NCBI RefSeq assembly: GCF_001194135.2
Contig: NC_068987.1
Span: 14,722,780 to 14,759,413 of the forward strand
Length of the DNA stretch: 36,634 bases
Direction: 5' to 3'
Source of the DNA: Octopus bimaculoides
Taxonomy: Eukaryota
The notes beneath the pieces are model-generated. The model had not been told where the DNA came from, ran no database searches, and saw only the letters and a program-made list of their open reading frames with translations. The position numbers were made by a program, and so were the translations under genes. This document shows positions 21,423 through 33,437 of this stretch, in pieces (the first letter of the stretch is position 1; each line of letters starts with the position of its first letter).

Positions 21423-21561
21423 AGAGATAGACCATAGTATCAAAGCCCCTAGACAAGAAAGTTCTACGGAACCATGAGCCGATGTTAATGTTACTTCAGT
21501 GTGTGCCCATGGTTCCGTAGAACTTTTTCGTATAAGGACTTTGATACTATAATCTCTCTCT
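21423..21561. mobile_element. Unclassified hairpin MITE-like element, 57-bp arms
   Basis: 21423-21479 versus the reverse complement of 21505-21561: 9 mismatches; 25-bp spacer. Confidence 0.7.
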
Positions 21562-21695
21562 TTGCATTACATATGAATTTCTGATTTTGTTTGAAGTTTG
21601 GAGAAGCTCTTTCGGGAGAAAAGAAAATGACTTTTTATGTATGATGATATAATAAAAGTTTTATTCTACCCTTGCATAATATATACAATGCTCAG

Positions 21696-21734
21696 GTGCA
21701 CTAGACTCGTCGGAGAATCTTAAAAGAGGTGACG
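21696..21734 (+). CDS. Candidate 39-bp exon ((G)ALDSSENLKRGD)
   Basis: ctcag acceptor and GACG|GTAAGC donor; phase compatible with the upstream candidates. Confidence 0.2.
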
Positions 21735-22291
21735 GTAAGCACCCGCTTTTCTTGAGTGGATGGTTTCAAATGTACGCATATATATTTGCATTTTTAAACA
21801 GAAGATTTGTAAGAGATATTTTCTCCCGACAGTAACTTGCCTTTTTCGATATATCTGCATTAAGTATGATATGCAGATGAATAATTTAATTTAATACTTC
21901 TGCTACTGCATGTATCAATTTTTATTCATCCGCGCGGCTGACTACAGCACCAATGATTTTTCAACCATTATTTTCTTATGTCAGTAGTTACAGATTTTAT
22001 CGTAGCATGCAGGTGTCAATGCTACGTATCAAAGCTACGTATCTGCAGAATGTCAATGAAGACATGCTGCTGATACGATCCAAAAGACAGAAATGCATAT
22101 CTAGCATTCTCACTGCCCCTGAAGCACGCTTTCCCTCTGTTATTGAGCTATTTTGGGGTTTTTAAACAATAAATCAATAAGAGTTAATTTGCCATTCATG
22201 ATATATTTACATTAAGTATGATGTACAGGTGGTTATTCTAATCTAACACTGCTTCTGTTGCATATAATACATATAATATCTGTATACATAT

Positions 22292-22350
<59 letters not shown>

Positions 22351-23485
22351 NNNNNNNNNNNNNNNNNNNNNNNNNNNNNNNNNNNNNNNNNNNNNNNNNN
22401 NNNNNNNNNNNNNNNNNNNNNNNNNNNNNNNNNNNNNNNNNNNNNNNNNNNNNNNNNNNNNNNNNNNNNNNNNNNNNNNNNNNNNNNNNNNNNNNNNNNN
22501 NNNNNNNNNNNNNNNNNNNNNNNNNNNNNNNNNNNNNNNNNNNNNNNNNNNNNNNNNNNNNNNNNNNNNNNNNNNNNNNNNNNNNNNNNNNNNNNNNNNN
22601 NNNNNNNNNNNNNNNNNNNNNNNNNNNNNNNNNNNNNNNNNNNNNNNNNNNNNNNNNNNNNNNNNNNNNNNNNNNNNNNNNNNNNNNNNNNNNNNNNNNN
22701 NNNNNNNNNNNNNNNNNNNNNNNNNNNNNNNNNNNNNNNNNNNNNNNNNNNNNNNNNNNNNNNNNNNNNNNNNNNNNNNNNNNNNNNNNNNNNNNNNNNN
22801 NNNNNNNNNNNNNNNNNNNNNNNNNNNNNNNNNNNNNNNNNNNNNNNNNNNNNNNNNNNNNNNNNNNNNNNNNNNNNNNNNNNNNNNNNNNNNNNNNNNN
22901 NNNNNNNNNNNNNNNNNNNNNNNNNNNNNNNNNNNNNNNNNNNNNNNNNNNNNNNNNNNNNNNNNNNNNNNNNNNNNNNNNNNNNNNNNNNNNNNNNNNN
23001 NNNNNNNNNNNNNNNNNNNNNNNNNNNNNNNNNNNNNNNNNNNNNNNNNNNNNNNNNNNNNNNNNNNNNNNNNNNNNNNNNNNNNNNNNNNNNNNNNNNN
23101 NNNNNNNNNNNNNNNNNNNNNNNNNNNNNNNNNNNNNNNNNNNNNNNNNNNNNNNNNNNNNNNNNNNNNNNNNNNNNNNNNNNNNNNNNNNNNNNNNNNN
23201 NNNNNNNNNNNNNNNNNNNNNNNNNNNNNNNNNNNNNNNNNNNNNNNNNNNNNNNNNNNNNNNNNNNNNNNNNNNNNNNNNNNNNNNNNNNNNNNNNNNN
23301 NNNNNNNNNNNNNNNNNNNNNNNNNNNNNNNNNNNNNNNNNNTGTATATATATATATACATACATATATGTATATATATGTACATATATGTATATATATG
23401 CATATATATATATACATATATATATGTATATGTATATACATACAAACACACACACGTACACACACACCACACACACACATGCACA

Positions 23486-23555
<70 letters not shown>

Positions 23556-23556
<1 letters not shown>

Positions 23557-23606
23557 CTGGAAGGCCGTATGTCTGGCAACAGGACTCTGCACCATGCTAC
23601 ACAAGG
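23556..23606 (+). mobile_element. Tiny Tc1/mariner-superfamily transposase fragment
   Basis: TGRPYVWQQDSAPCYTR resembles the QQDSAPxH second-catalytic-Asp motif of maT/DD37D-type transposases. Confidence 0.5.
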
Positions 23607-23741
23607 AACTGCACTGGTATTATTGTAGGGTTGAAATTGCAACGGTTATTAATTGGTCTATGTAAAGTTGTATATATATTAAAAGAATTGAAGATAATGC
23701 TATACAACTTCGTAATAATCCTTATTATTTATTTTGCTGAT

Positions 23742-23861
23742 AAGGCGGCGAGCTGGCGGAATCGTTAGCACCCCGTCCGCAATGCTTAGCGGTACTTCGT
23801 CTGCTATTATGTTTTGAGTTCAAATCCCGCTGAGGTCAACTTTGCCGTTCATCCTTTCGGG
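23742..23861 (+). mobile_element. SINE family A head and core, 3'-truncated
   Basis: aaggcggcgagctggcggaatcgttagc...gagttcaaatcccgctgaggtcaactttgccgttcatcctttcggg. Confidence 0.8.
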
Positions 23862-23876
23862 ACCACAGTTTTCAAA

Positions 23877-24004
23877 TAGTACTTAATTTATCGACCCCAA
23901 AAGAGTAAACAGCAAAGTCGACCTCGGCGGAATTTCAACTCAGAACGTAAAGACAGACGAAATACCGCTAGGTTAACGTTTCTGCCTGCTTACCGCGCCG
24001 CCTT
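23877..24004 (-). mobile_element. SINE family A head and core, inverted relative to 23742-23861
   Basis: tagtacttaatttatcgacccc...gcaaagtcgacctcggcggaatttcaactcagaacgtaaagacagacgaaataccgcta...cgccgcctt. Confidence 0.8.
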
Positions 24005-24677
24005 CTATATATATATATATATATATATATCTAGCTATATATATATATAAATAGTATAACGAGAAAGAGAAATGATTATTTTATACTAGATTTCATATAT
24101 CTTATACAAATCGTTCTTAATATATATTTACTTGTTCAGTTTTGCCAGTTATTACTTCGCTGGAGGTCAGAACTAATCAACTAGTAGGGTTACTGTCTTA
24201 TTCGGAGATTTTTCTTATTTCAGACATAGTGTATTTAGAATATATTTATCCAATACGTCCTTAAAAGACGATAGAATGTAATTTGAGTTTATCGGTGCAA
24301 TTCCTAATAGGTTGATCAAAATGCGAGTTGAGAATGACTGCTTAGAAGTTGCTACGTTAGTACGCCTTGGTCTTTAAGATGTTACTTAAGGCAACAACTG
24401 TTTATAAAGAGCCGACAGCACCTCATCACTTATAAGCGAATTTGACAACTTAATTAAAAACTTGTATCAAGTGCGAATAAGGTGAAAGATAACGGACAAC
24501 GTGATACTTACACTTCTTCCTTTCTTTCTTTCTTTCTTTCTTTCTTTCTAAGTGTCCATCTTACCTATCAATCGAAAGACGGACAGAAATAAAGTGAAAA
24601 GATTGAACTAACGTGTAAAGGACGATAGTATCTCTATATACAAAATACCAAGTCGCGTGTGCCCCTATTTTTCTTTT

Positions 24678-24714
<37 letters not shown>

Positions 24715-25268
24715 GCTGGTTTGCCTTTCTGACACATTTCAGGAATGTGAATGAAGAAGGCAACGATTATGATATGAGAAGCGGAAGCGAGAGGATTAAA
24801 GTATTATACAGCGAGGTTTATTAGATAGATGAATAGCTAGGAAGAAGATTAACAGTGTGAAAAAGAAATGGAGAAAAAGAAAGAAAGCGAAAGAAGGAGA
24901 GAAATAGCAAAGAGTCAGACGGCTGAAAGTGTAATCAGAAGAGTGGAGAGTAAAATATAGAGATGGAGGGAAGAACGGTAACGATAGAAAGAGAGGCAGA
25001 AGGAAAAAAAATAGCCGTAGTCAACAGAAGAGAAGGAAAAAAGTCATTCTACAAGCACAAATACACGAATACATATATTTTCTTCTCAAGATTTGTCGAT
25101 CTAAGATGTTTATGCAAACGTCTTTGTAACAATTACCGCCTGGCATACTAGTATACACTATGGAAACGCGCGTCAATGTTATATAAGTTTATGATGTTAA
25201 ATAAAAAAAGTTCAACCGAATCTCCTGTTTTATTCTGATATATGTGCTGTGCGCGTGTATGTGTGTGT

Positions 25269-25310
<42 letters not shown>

Positions 25311-26198
25311 NNNNNNNNNNNNNNNNNNNNNNNNNNNNNNNNNNNNNNNNNNNNNNNNNNNNNNNNNNNNNNNNNNNNNNNNNNNNNNNNNNNNNNNNNN
25401 NNNNNNNNNNNNNNNNNNNNNNNNNNNNNNNNNNNNNNNNNNNNNNNNNNNNNNNNNNNNNNNNNNNNNNNNNNNNNNNNNNNNNNNNNNNNNNNNNNNN
25501 NNNNNNNNNNNNNNNNNNNNNNNNNNNNNNNNNNNNNNNNNNNNNNNNNNNNNNNNNNNNNNNNNNNNNNNNNNNNNNNNNNNNNNNNNNNNNNNNNNNN
25601 NNNNNNNNNNNNNNNNNNNNNNNNNNNNNNNNNNNNNNNNNNNNNNNNNNNNNNNNNNNNNNNNNNNNNNNNNNNNNNNNNNNNNNNNNNNNNNNNNNNN
25701 NNNNNNNNNNNNNNNNNNNNNNNNNNNNNNNNNNNNNNNNNNNNNNNNNNNNNNNNNNNNNNNNNNNNNNNNNNNNNNNNNNNNNNNNNNNNNNNNNNNN
25801 NNNNNNNNNNNNNNNNNNNNNNNNNNNNNNNNNNNNNNNNNNNNNNNNNNNNNNNNNNNNNNNNNNNNNNNNNNNNNNNNNNNNNNNNNNNNNNNNNNNN
25901 NNNNNNNNNNNNNNNNNNNNNNNNNNNNNNNNNNNNNNNNNNNNNNNNNNNNNNNNNNNNNNNNNNNNNNNNNNNNNNNNNNNNNNNNNNNNNNNNNNNN
26001 NNNNNNNNNNNNNNNNNNNNNNNNNNNNNNNNNNNNNNNNNNNNNNATATATATATATATATACATATATATTTACATTATATATAATGCATGCATATAT
26101 GTAAACACATTCACATATGTATATATCAGTATACATAGATATAAATACATACATTAACTTCTTTTGTGGCGGCTGTTCCTACCTCAGTATTGCCGTCG

Positions 26199-26258
<60 letters not shown>

Positions 26259-26273
26259 TTACTACTACTACTA
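26199..26273. repeat. (CTA)n microsatellite
   Basis: Direct reading. Confidence 0.95.
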
Positions 26274-27362
26274 GCAGTAGTAGATCATCCTACACTCTGT
26301 TCTTTGCTCTGTGTCCTACTTTATTCTTGCTTAGCTCTTCTATATTATATCAGATGATGTTTTGTAAGCCGGCTGAAAGTTTATCTTTTAATCAATAAAA
26401 GAAACAGGCCCTGAAGATTTCTACACCAAATAGAACTTCACCAGTGAAATCAATTGGCAGGAAAACAAAAAGAAAAGCAATACAATACAAAATTAAAACT
26501 ATAACAAAGAAATGTAAAACATGACAAAACAAACGACGTACAAATATGAAATGTATAAAAGAATTAAAACACCAACAGAAAAGACGAAATATACGTGATG
26601 TAGAAGCTGTGGAGGAAGTGGAAAAATTAGCTAACTTCTTCTAGGACGGCTTATCAATAAACTGTGAACGAATCAATCTAACAGCGATCGAAGTAAATGG
26701 ATAGATTTAGTTGTCTATAAAGGCCGTATACAGCTAGCTATGTAAAAAAAATCTATTTATAAAAGAAGGAAAAACGAGTCCGGAAAAGTAAAAAAATATA
26801 AAATACAAAAATACGAATTGGATAGAAATCCATCTTTTGTACCTCGTGATTTCCCTTCTTTTAGTGCACTGACTCCGTGATGTGTCTCTGTATGTGTGTA
26901 TACGTATATGTATGTGTTTATATGTATGTAAGTGTGTTTGTATGTATATATGTATGAGTCTGTATCTCTGTATGTATATTTGAATGTGTATATGTATGTC
27001 TGTCTACTTATGTTTGTGTGTGTGTGTTTATATAAGTGTGGGTATGCATCTATAAGGGGACAGTCTGGCGAAATGTTTAACAAATTCGTTTTATAGTCCA
27101 CGCGGTGCTTCTTTAATTCTCACAGTGTGACAACGTGGGCTAATGCGATTTCACATACTTTGGGAGAAAAACCGAGTGGTCGTTAACTACAAAGAAGCCC
27201 GTTGGTTGGATAGTACGTATAAATCGATAGGTGGTGTCTTGTGGAATTCTGTTTCACATTGATTCTGTTTGTAGAATGCTTAGCCACATATACGTTAATA
27301 CAAGAGTTGGCTATGCATTTGATCATCAAATAACTGAATCTTTACCGTCGAATGATGGAGAG

Positions 27363-27441
<79 letters not shown>

Positions 27442-27448
27442 ATATGTA

Positions 27449-28334
27449 TGAGGTGTAGTCAAAAAGTATCCGAACTTTGGTAAAAAAAAAACAAGTAATA
27501 TGAAATAAACTCATCATTTTGATTTAGTCACCTTCAAAGTATCTGCCTTGGGAGTCTACATACTTTTGCCAGCATTCCTGCCGCTGTTGGAAATCACTTT
27601 TTGGGATGCTGTAGAGCTGTGCCGTCGAATTTTGCTTAATGTCCTCTGTTGACTCAAATCTTCTCTCTTTGAGTGGTTTTCTTTTTTTTTTTGAGCTTTG
27701 GGAATAGCCAAAAGTCATACGGAGCCAAGTCTGGGGAATAGGAAGCCTGACGAACAAGTGGTGTGTTTTGCTGGTCGAGGAATGCTTGGACGACGTGAAC
27801 GGAATGAGCTGGTGTTTTGTCATGGTGGAGTTGCGAGTTTTACGCAGTCCACAGGTCCTCAATAGTCACACAACAGTCTTCATAGACTATTCCGCGAACC
27901 TTTGCAATCATTTCGTCGTTTCTGCTAGTCGATGGTCTGCCACAATGTGGCCCACTGTCCACTGAAGTGCAGCTATCTTTGAACCGGTTGTACCACTCCT
28001 TTATTTGAGATTTTCCCATAGCATTATCTCCAAAGGCCTTCTGAATCTTCTCGATAGTCTGGGCTTTCATATCACCAAGTTTTGGGCAGAATCTGATGCA
28101 GTATCTTTACTCAATGTGCTCGGTCATCTTGACTATAAAAAAAAATCACTCAATGCACTCTTCACTTCTGTACTCAACGTGTCACTGCAGGCGACTGGTG
28201 CAACCTACAGACACGAAAATTTTTGCGCATGCTCAGGAAGGATGCAGCAACCTAATGCCCATGCGGATTTTGCTTACGCATTTATTATTTTGTGCAAAAA
28301 ATATCAAGGTCTGATACTTTTTGACTACATCTCG
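27449..28334 (-). mobile_element. Internally deleted mariner (D,D34D) element, 886 bp, with both TIRs and a TA target duplication
   Basis: TA-tgaggtgtagtcaaaaagtatccgaac ... gtctgatactttttgactacatctcg-TA. Transposase relic 28127->27524: MTEHIE*RYCIRFCPKLG..EWYNRFKD..GRPSTSRN..VTIE/DLWTA*NSQLHHDKTPAH..YSPDLAPYDFWLFPKLK..YFEGD*. There are 34 residues between the last two catalytic Asp. Confidence 0.92.
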
Positions 28335-28756
28335 TATTTAAAATGAAACTGCGAGGAGGTCGGTCACGTATTTTAGTTTGACTTCATTTTGGTTGGACTC
28401 TACTGTAGATTACACATAGATTTTACATAGAATAGATTTCACATAGAAAGCAAAACAAAACAATACCAATATTACGCTTGATTTTTACGCAATCTCTGGA
28501 GAGTTGACAATGCAATCACATAATTAGATTTCCCTTATAAACTGATATTTATTTCTTGTTAATGAAATACGCTTGAGATGATGTAACTAAATACATATAT
28601 AGAAATTGTCCTGTTTTGTTCTACTTCTACATATATACGTACACACACACACACACACACACGCGCACACACACGCCTTTTCTCTCTCTCACACACACAC
28701 ATATATATGTATATATATGAATTATATATGTGCATGCATATATACATAATTATATG

Positions 28757-28788
<32 letters not shown>

Positions 28789-29972
28789 TAAATAAATACA
28801 TACACACACACACACACGCATATATATATCCTTACACATAATCTCGCAGATATATAGATATAAATACGTATACATTTTTATGTATTTTAAGGTGTGAGCA
28901 TGAAACAAATGGTAATTGTTTAAGAAGAAAGCCTTTTATAACTTCGACATATGATCTCGTGTAAGGTAAATTAGATTTATAATCTGATATAAGTTGTTAA
29001 CTGAAAGAAGAATGAAGATCATGACGTTGATAAACATCACTTACGTAAGCGAAATGAAATTCCTGTAACCGTAAATCAAAGCTGTCTCGGGGACATCGCT
29101 GGCTGCGAATATAACACTTCTACTCTTTTATATATGGTAAAGTTGCTTTTATGCGAAAAGACGTATGCATTTGTAAACTAAGGCAGATATACACAGACAC
29201 ACTGCACGCAACTTCGCACGCACATAAACTTTGTCTCATCTAATAACATCGAGATATATTTTCAAAAGCTAACTAGGGAGCATTCATGTGGTCATGCGAT
29301 CTGGTAGAAATAGCAACCGAATTACCCTCGAGTCACAATATGCTTTCTTATGTAATGAAGGTACCTGTCGTTAAATAGTCTCGTTGGTCATGACTTGAGT
29401 ACTTTTGGTCATGGTCATTTTTGTGTTACGCGCCATTAAATAAGTATCGACATGGGCGTTAGTTTTGTTTGAAATAGCAACCAAATTTCCTTTAAATCTA
29501 ACCCTGAAATGTCATGTATACGGACAGGTGACATTACATGATATAGCACTACATTTCCTTAAAAGATAGGATGGTCGCGGATGGAACGTCTTTGGTCACA
29601 GATCTGCTCGATCTAAACAACAACAGGAACAAGACCAAGTTCGACATTAACTTTCTTACACATATTAACGAAACATTCCTGCACTTTATTCTACGTATCA
29701 CTATAGGGTCACCATCGTAAAAAAAGGTCATGTTTTTGTATGCTTGAGCGAGATTTTTTAAAGGAGACTCGCAGTTAAGTTATCCACAAATGCATGTCTC
29801 TTCTCGCATTCCACTACTGATGTTTATCCAGCTAAAAGCCACTGGCTTAGGTCGATACAACTTGGCATCACTTTGTCGCAGGTGTAGCTGTCAGAGTGCA
29901 AAGGGCTGCAACAGACAAGACAAGACACCTTACTCGACAGTCTAACATTTCTGCCAATCAACCGCCATGGTT

Positions 29973-30045
29973 TGGTATTTTTTCAATCGATTCTGGCCAG
30001 ATTGAAGGCAAAATCGACCTCGGTGGGACTTGAACTCTGAACATC
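29973..30045 (-). mobile_element. SINE family A core fragment
   Basis: gaaggcaaaatcgacctcggtgggacttgaactctgaac. Confidence 0.55.
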
Positions 30046-31517
30046 GAGAGTCAGAACAATAACACGCAACTAAAACTCCCAAACGTCAACAATGCTACGA
30101 ATGTTGGAACACAAGGTTTCAAGGTGACTTTGCATGGATTACATTGGAACCAACTGCTATCCAAGCATTAAGAAACTTTTAACAACCAAGAAATAGTTCA
30201 GCTTAAATTAGATTATCAGATGTTACTCTTTTACCGGTATGAAACGGATGGGCACGTCTGTTTGGTCGCTAGGGATTTGAGACAGCTGAGTGGACATAAA
30301 ACGTGTTTGGGCAAAATGATTTTTGGCACTGGAGGCAAACACACAATTCAGGAATGCAGGCAAAGTTGTGTGCACAGGTTTTATCCCACCATGTGACACA
30401 TTGGTTAAGTGGCTGTTTCCCTAGGCTCGAGTCTGTCGGAGCCCTGGGTAGATTAGCATTGCGCATCAAAGCTCGCTGGATAGCTTATACGATTTTTTTC
30501 TTTCATTTGTTTTCTTTCTTTTGAGGGTAATGATAATCTTAAACTTGTAACCGCATAATGTTAGAGAAGAATATATCAAGAGCTTCCATCCATTCTCCAT
30601 TCAGTGTCGAAGAAATCGAAAATGCTTGGAAAAAATCCCCCAAAACTAGCTCTTCTTCACATTGTTACTTAAAGCCATATACACACAAAAAAAAGAAGAG
30701 GAAAATCAAATAATGCATGTAACATTAAAAAGACAACTACATATTATGAATTCGTGCTTCCTTATTTATCTTTAGATTCTGGTTCTGCATGATTCTAGAT
30801 AATCCAAGTGTTATATTCTAGTCAAAGTAGTTATTAGTTTTTTAATTTTTTTTTTATATATAACCGTTTTATATTAAGCAAAAAACCACGGGAAATAAGT
30901 TGTGCTAATGACAAAATCATCGCTGGATTTGAATAACTCCGTATCCTTTTAAGGGAAAATTACTGATGGCAGTTTGTTGCTCGGATGCATTATCTCTCTC
31001 TTCATTTTTACATGCATTCTATTAATAACGAAGAATCATCCTTGTTGTAAATGCATTGTCAGTCGACAAGAGAATGTCATGCTAGTATTGCCGAAATAAG
31101 TTCCGAAGTATATAGCTTCCATGCTTACACCAGCTATCTCAGCTTTCTTATGCAAGTTTATGAGTTGCTGTTCACGAGGAAAATTTTAATTTCGATGTTT
31201 TTGTAATACATTATTATTAATGGTAGTTTAATCAATTCTCAATGCTATTTCAATATATTATTCATGCACATGTAATATATATTGTAATCTGTTTTATGAT
31301 CGTTTCCTTTTCATTACGTTTCATCTCTCCTATAGTTTATGGTACATTCTGTTCATATAATATACGTTATGTCTGGTTCGTTTGATTTCTTTTTACAGTG
31401 TGTAGAGTCGCTTGTATATATTGTATTGAGTCTATTTATATATGTATTGTTCCATTGATTGGTCTACTAACTTGTTTGTATATCCGTTATTGACTTCTGT
31501 TTATTTTGATCTAGAAT

Positions 31518-31554
31518 TTATTATTATTATTATTATCATTATTATTATTATTAC

Positions 31555-31645
<91 letters not shown>
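31518..31645. repeat. (TTA)n microsatellite, two interruptions
   Basis: Direct reading. Confidence 0.95.
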
Positions 31646-31751
31646 TCATTTACGCACAACAGATTAGGCTGTTGGAAAAAAGAATTCCTAATGTCGGGCT
31701 TCAAGTAACCCTAGATGCTATGAACCTTCCTAAGTATCTTTGCTGTCCTTA

Positions 31752-31774
31752 TAATAATAATAATAATAATAATA

Positions 31775-31808
<34 letters not shown>
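31752..31808. repeat. (TAA)8 directly abutting (TTA)11, forming a spacerless palindrome
   Basis: Direct reading; centre at 31775/31776. Confidence 0.9.
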
Positions 31809-31809
<1 letters not shown>

Positions 31810-32209
31810 TACTACTAGTTTTTTTTTCTGGTGTTGATTTGTTGAAGAGAATCCAAATAATGTTCTGCGTGGAGATATTTTTTTTTTTTTGATAACGAAT
31901 TTATATATTTGTTTGGTCATTCATAATCGTCATGTATATCCAGTCATTTATTAATGTTTTTTTTGTTTTTCTTTTATTTCGTGCAAATAAATACTGATGT
32001 TATATACGTGTTGTTCACATAGAGTTATATTTCCGTTTAAAAGTAAAGTTGTTTGTTTGCGTATTATTTTCTTTCAGTTGTGTCATGTCTACATACTAGT
32101 TGCCAATAGTCTTTGTTGTTTGCACAGAAGGCTACCCGTCGGTCTCATGAAGACTAAAACACAGCTTTATCATTTCCGTTTACCTTGCCAACTTTCCGTT
32201 CAGCCATTT

Positions 32210-32438
32210 TCTTTTTTTTTTACTTGTTTTTTTTACAGTCATTAGACTACGGCCATGCTTTGGCAATGCTTTTAAGAATTCCAGTCGAACGAATCAATCT
32301 CAGTACTTATTTTATATATTTCAGCCTGGTATTTACTCTATCAGTTTCTTTTGTCGAATCGTTCAGTTACAGGGGACATAAACGCACCAACACCGTTTGT
32401 CAAGCAATGGTGGGGGACAAATACTGGCACACAGACAC
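32210..32438 (-). mobile_element. 3' half of SINE family B
   Basis: tacttgttt..cagtcattagactacggccatgct...ggggacataaacgcaccaacaccgtttgtcaagcaatggtgggggacaaa, then a CATA/CCTA tract. Confidence 0.75.
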
Positions 32439-32566
32439 TAGCCCGCATACATACATACATACATACATACATACATACACTAGCTCTCATACCAACCAAC
32501 CTACCTACCTACCTACCTACCTACCTACCTACCTACCTACCTGCCTACTTACATACATACACATAC

Positions 32567-32675
32567 TCTTACTCTTTTACCTGTTTCAGTCATTTGACTG
32601 CGGCCATGCTGGAGCACCGCCTTTAGTCGAGCAACTCGACCCCAGGACTTATTCTTTGTAAGCCTAGTACTTATT
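32567..32675 (-). mobile_element. 3' terminal fragment of a SINE family B variant
   Basis: tcttttacctgtttcagtcatttgactgcggccatgctggagcaccgcctttagtcgagcaactcgaccccaggacttattctttgtaagcctagtacttatt. Confidence 0.75.
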
Positions 32676-33332
32676 TATTTCGTACTTATTATCATTTTGA
32701 TTTTCTGTTTCTATAATTTGAAGTTTCTATTCGATATTGTATCTATAAGATACTCACCCGATCATACGATCTCTCAACTCACCGATGTAGAATAACAGAC
32801 TCTTCAATGATACAGTGGACGGCCATCGCTACTGTATTATCTCTTTATATTTCTTTATATTTCTTTTATGCTTTAAGTGGATTCAATCATTGGACTTCGG
32901 ACACGTTGTGGGGAAACAATTGCAAAGGTTTAAGACAAACAGTCATATTTTATTTTATTGGTCTCCATTCATCGAACGGCTTTATGTTCCTGGATATAAA
33001 GGGACACATCGTAAAACACTAAACTGGTTTTAAGTAGTGTAAACACGCTTCCACATACATTTATATATATATATATACGTACATACATACACACATATAG
33101 CAATACGTAATTACATACATACTTATATACATATATATATATAATGCATATAAATAATATATATAATAAAATTAAATATAAATTTATCCATACATTTGTA
33201 AAATAAGAACAAAACAGATTTTCTTCCCATTTATAATAAAACGGATGAACTAAATCGATCAAGCTGTATACATATTGAAATATATGTATGTATTTGCATA
33301 TATGTGTACAAATAGATATCTATATAGATGTG

Positions 33333-33437
<105 letters not shown>

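Noticed and set aside
24680-24713. 34-nt T run as the poly(A) tail of a minus-strand retrocopy
   Set aside because: No nearby polyadenylation signal, TSD or coding remnant.
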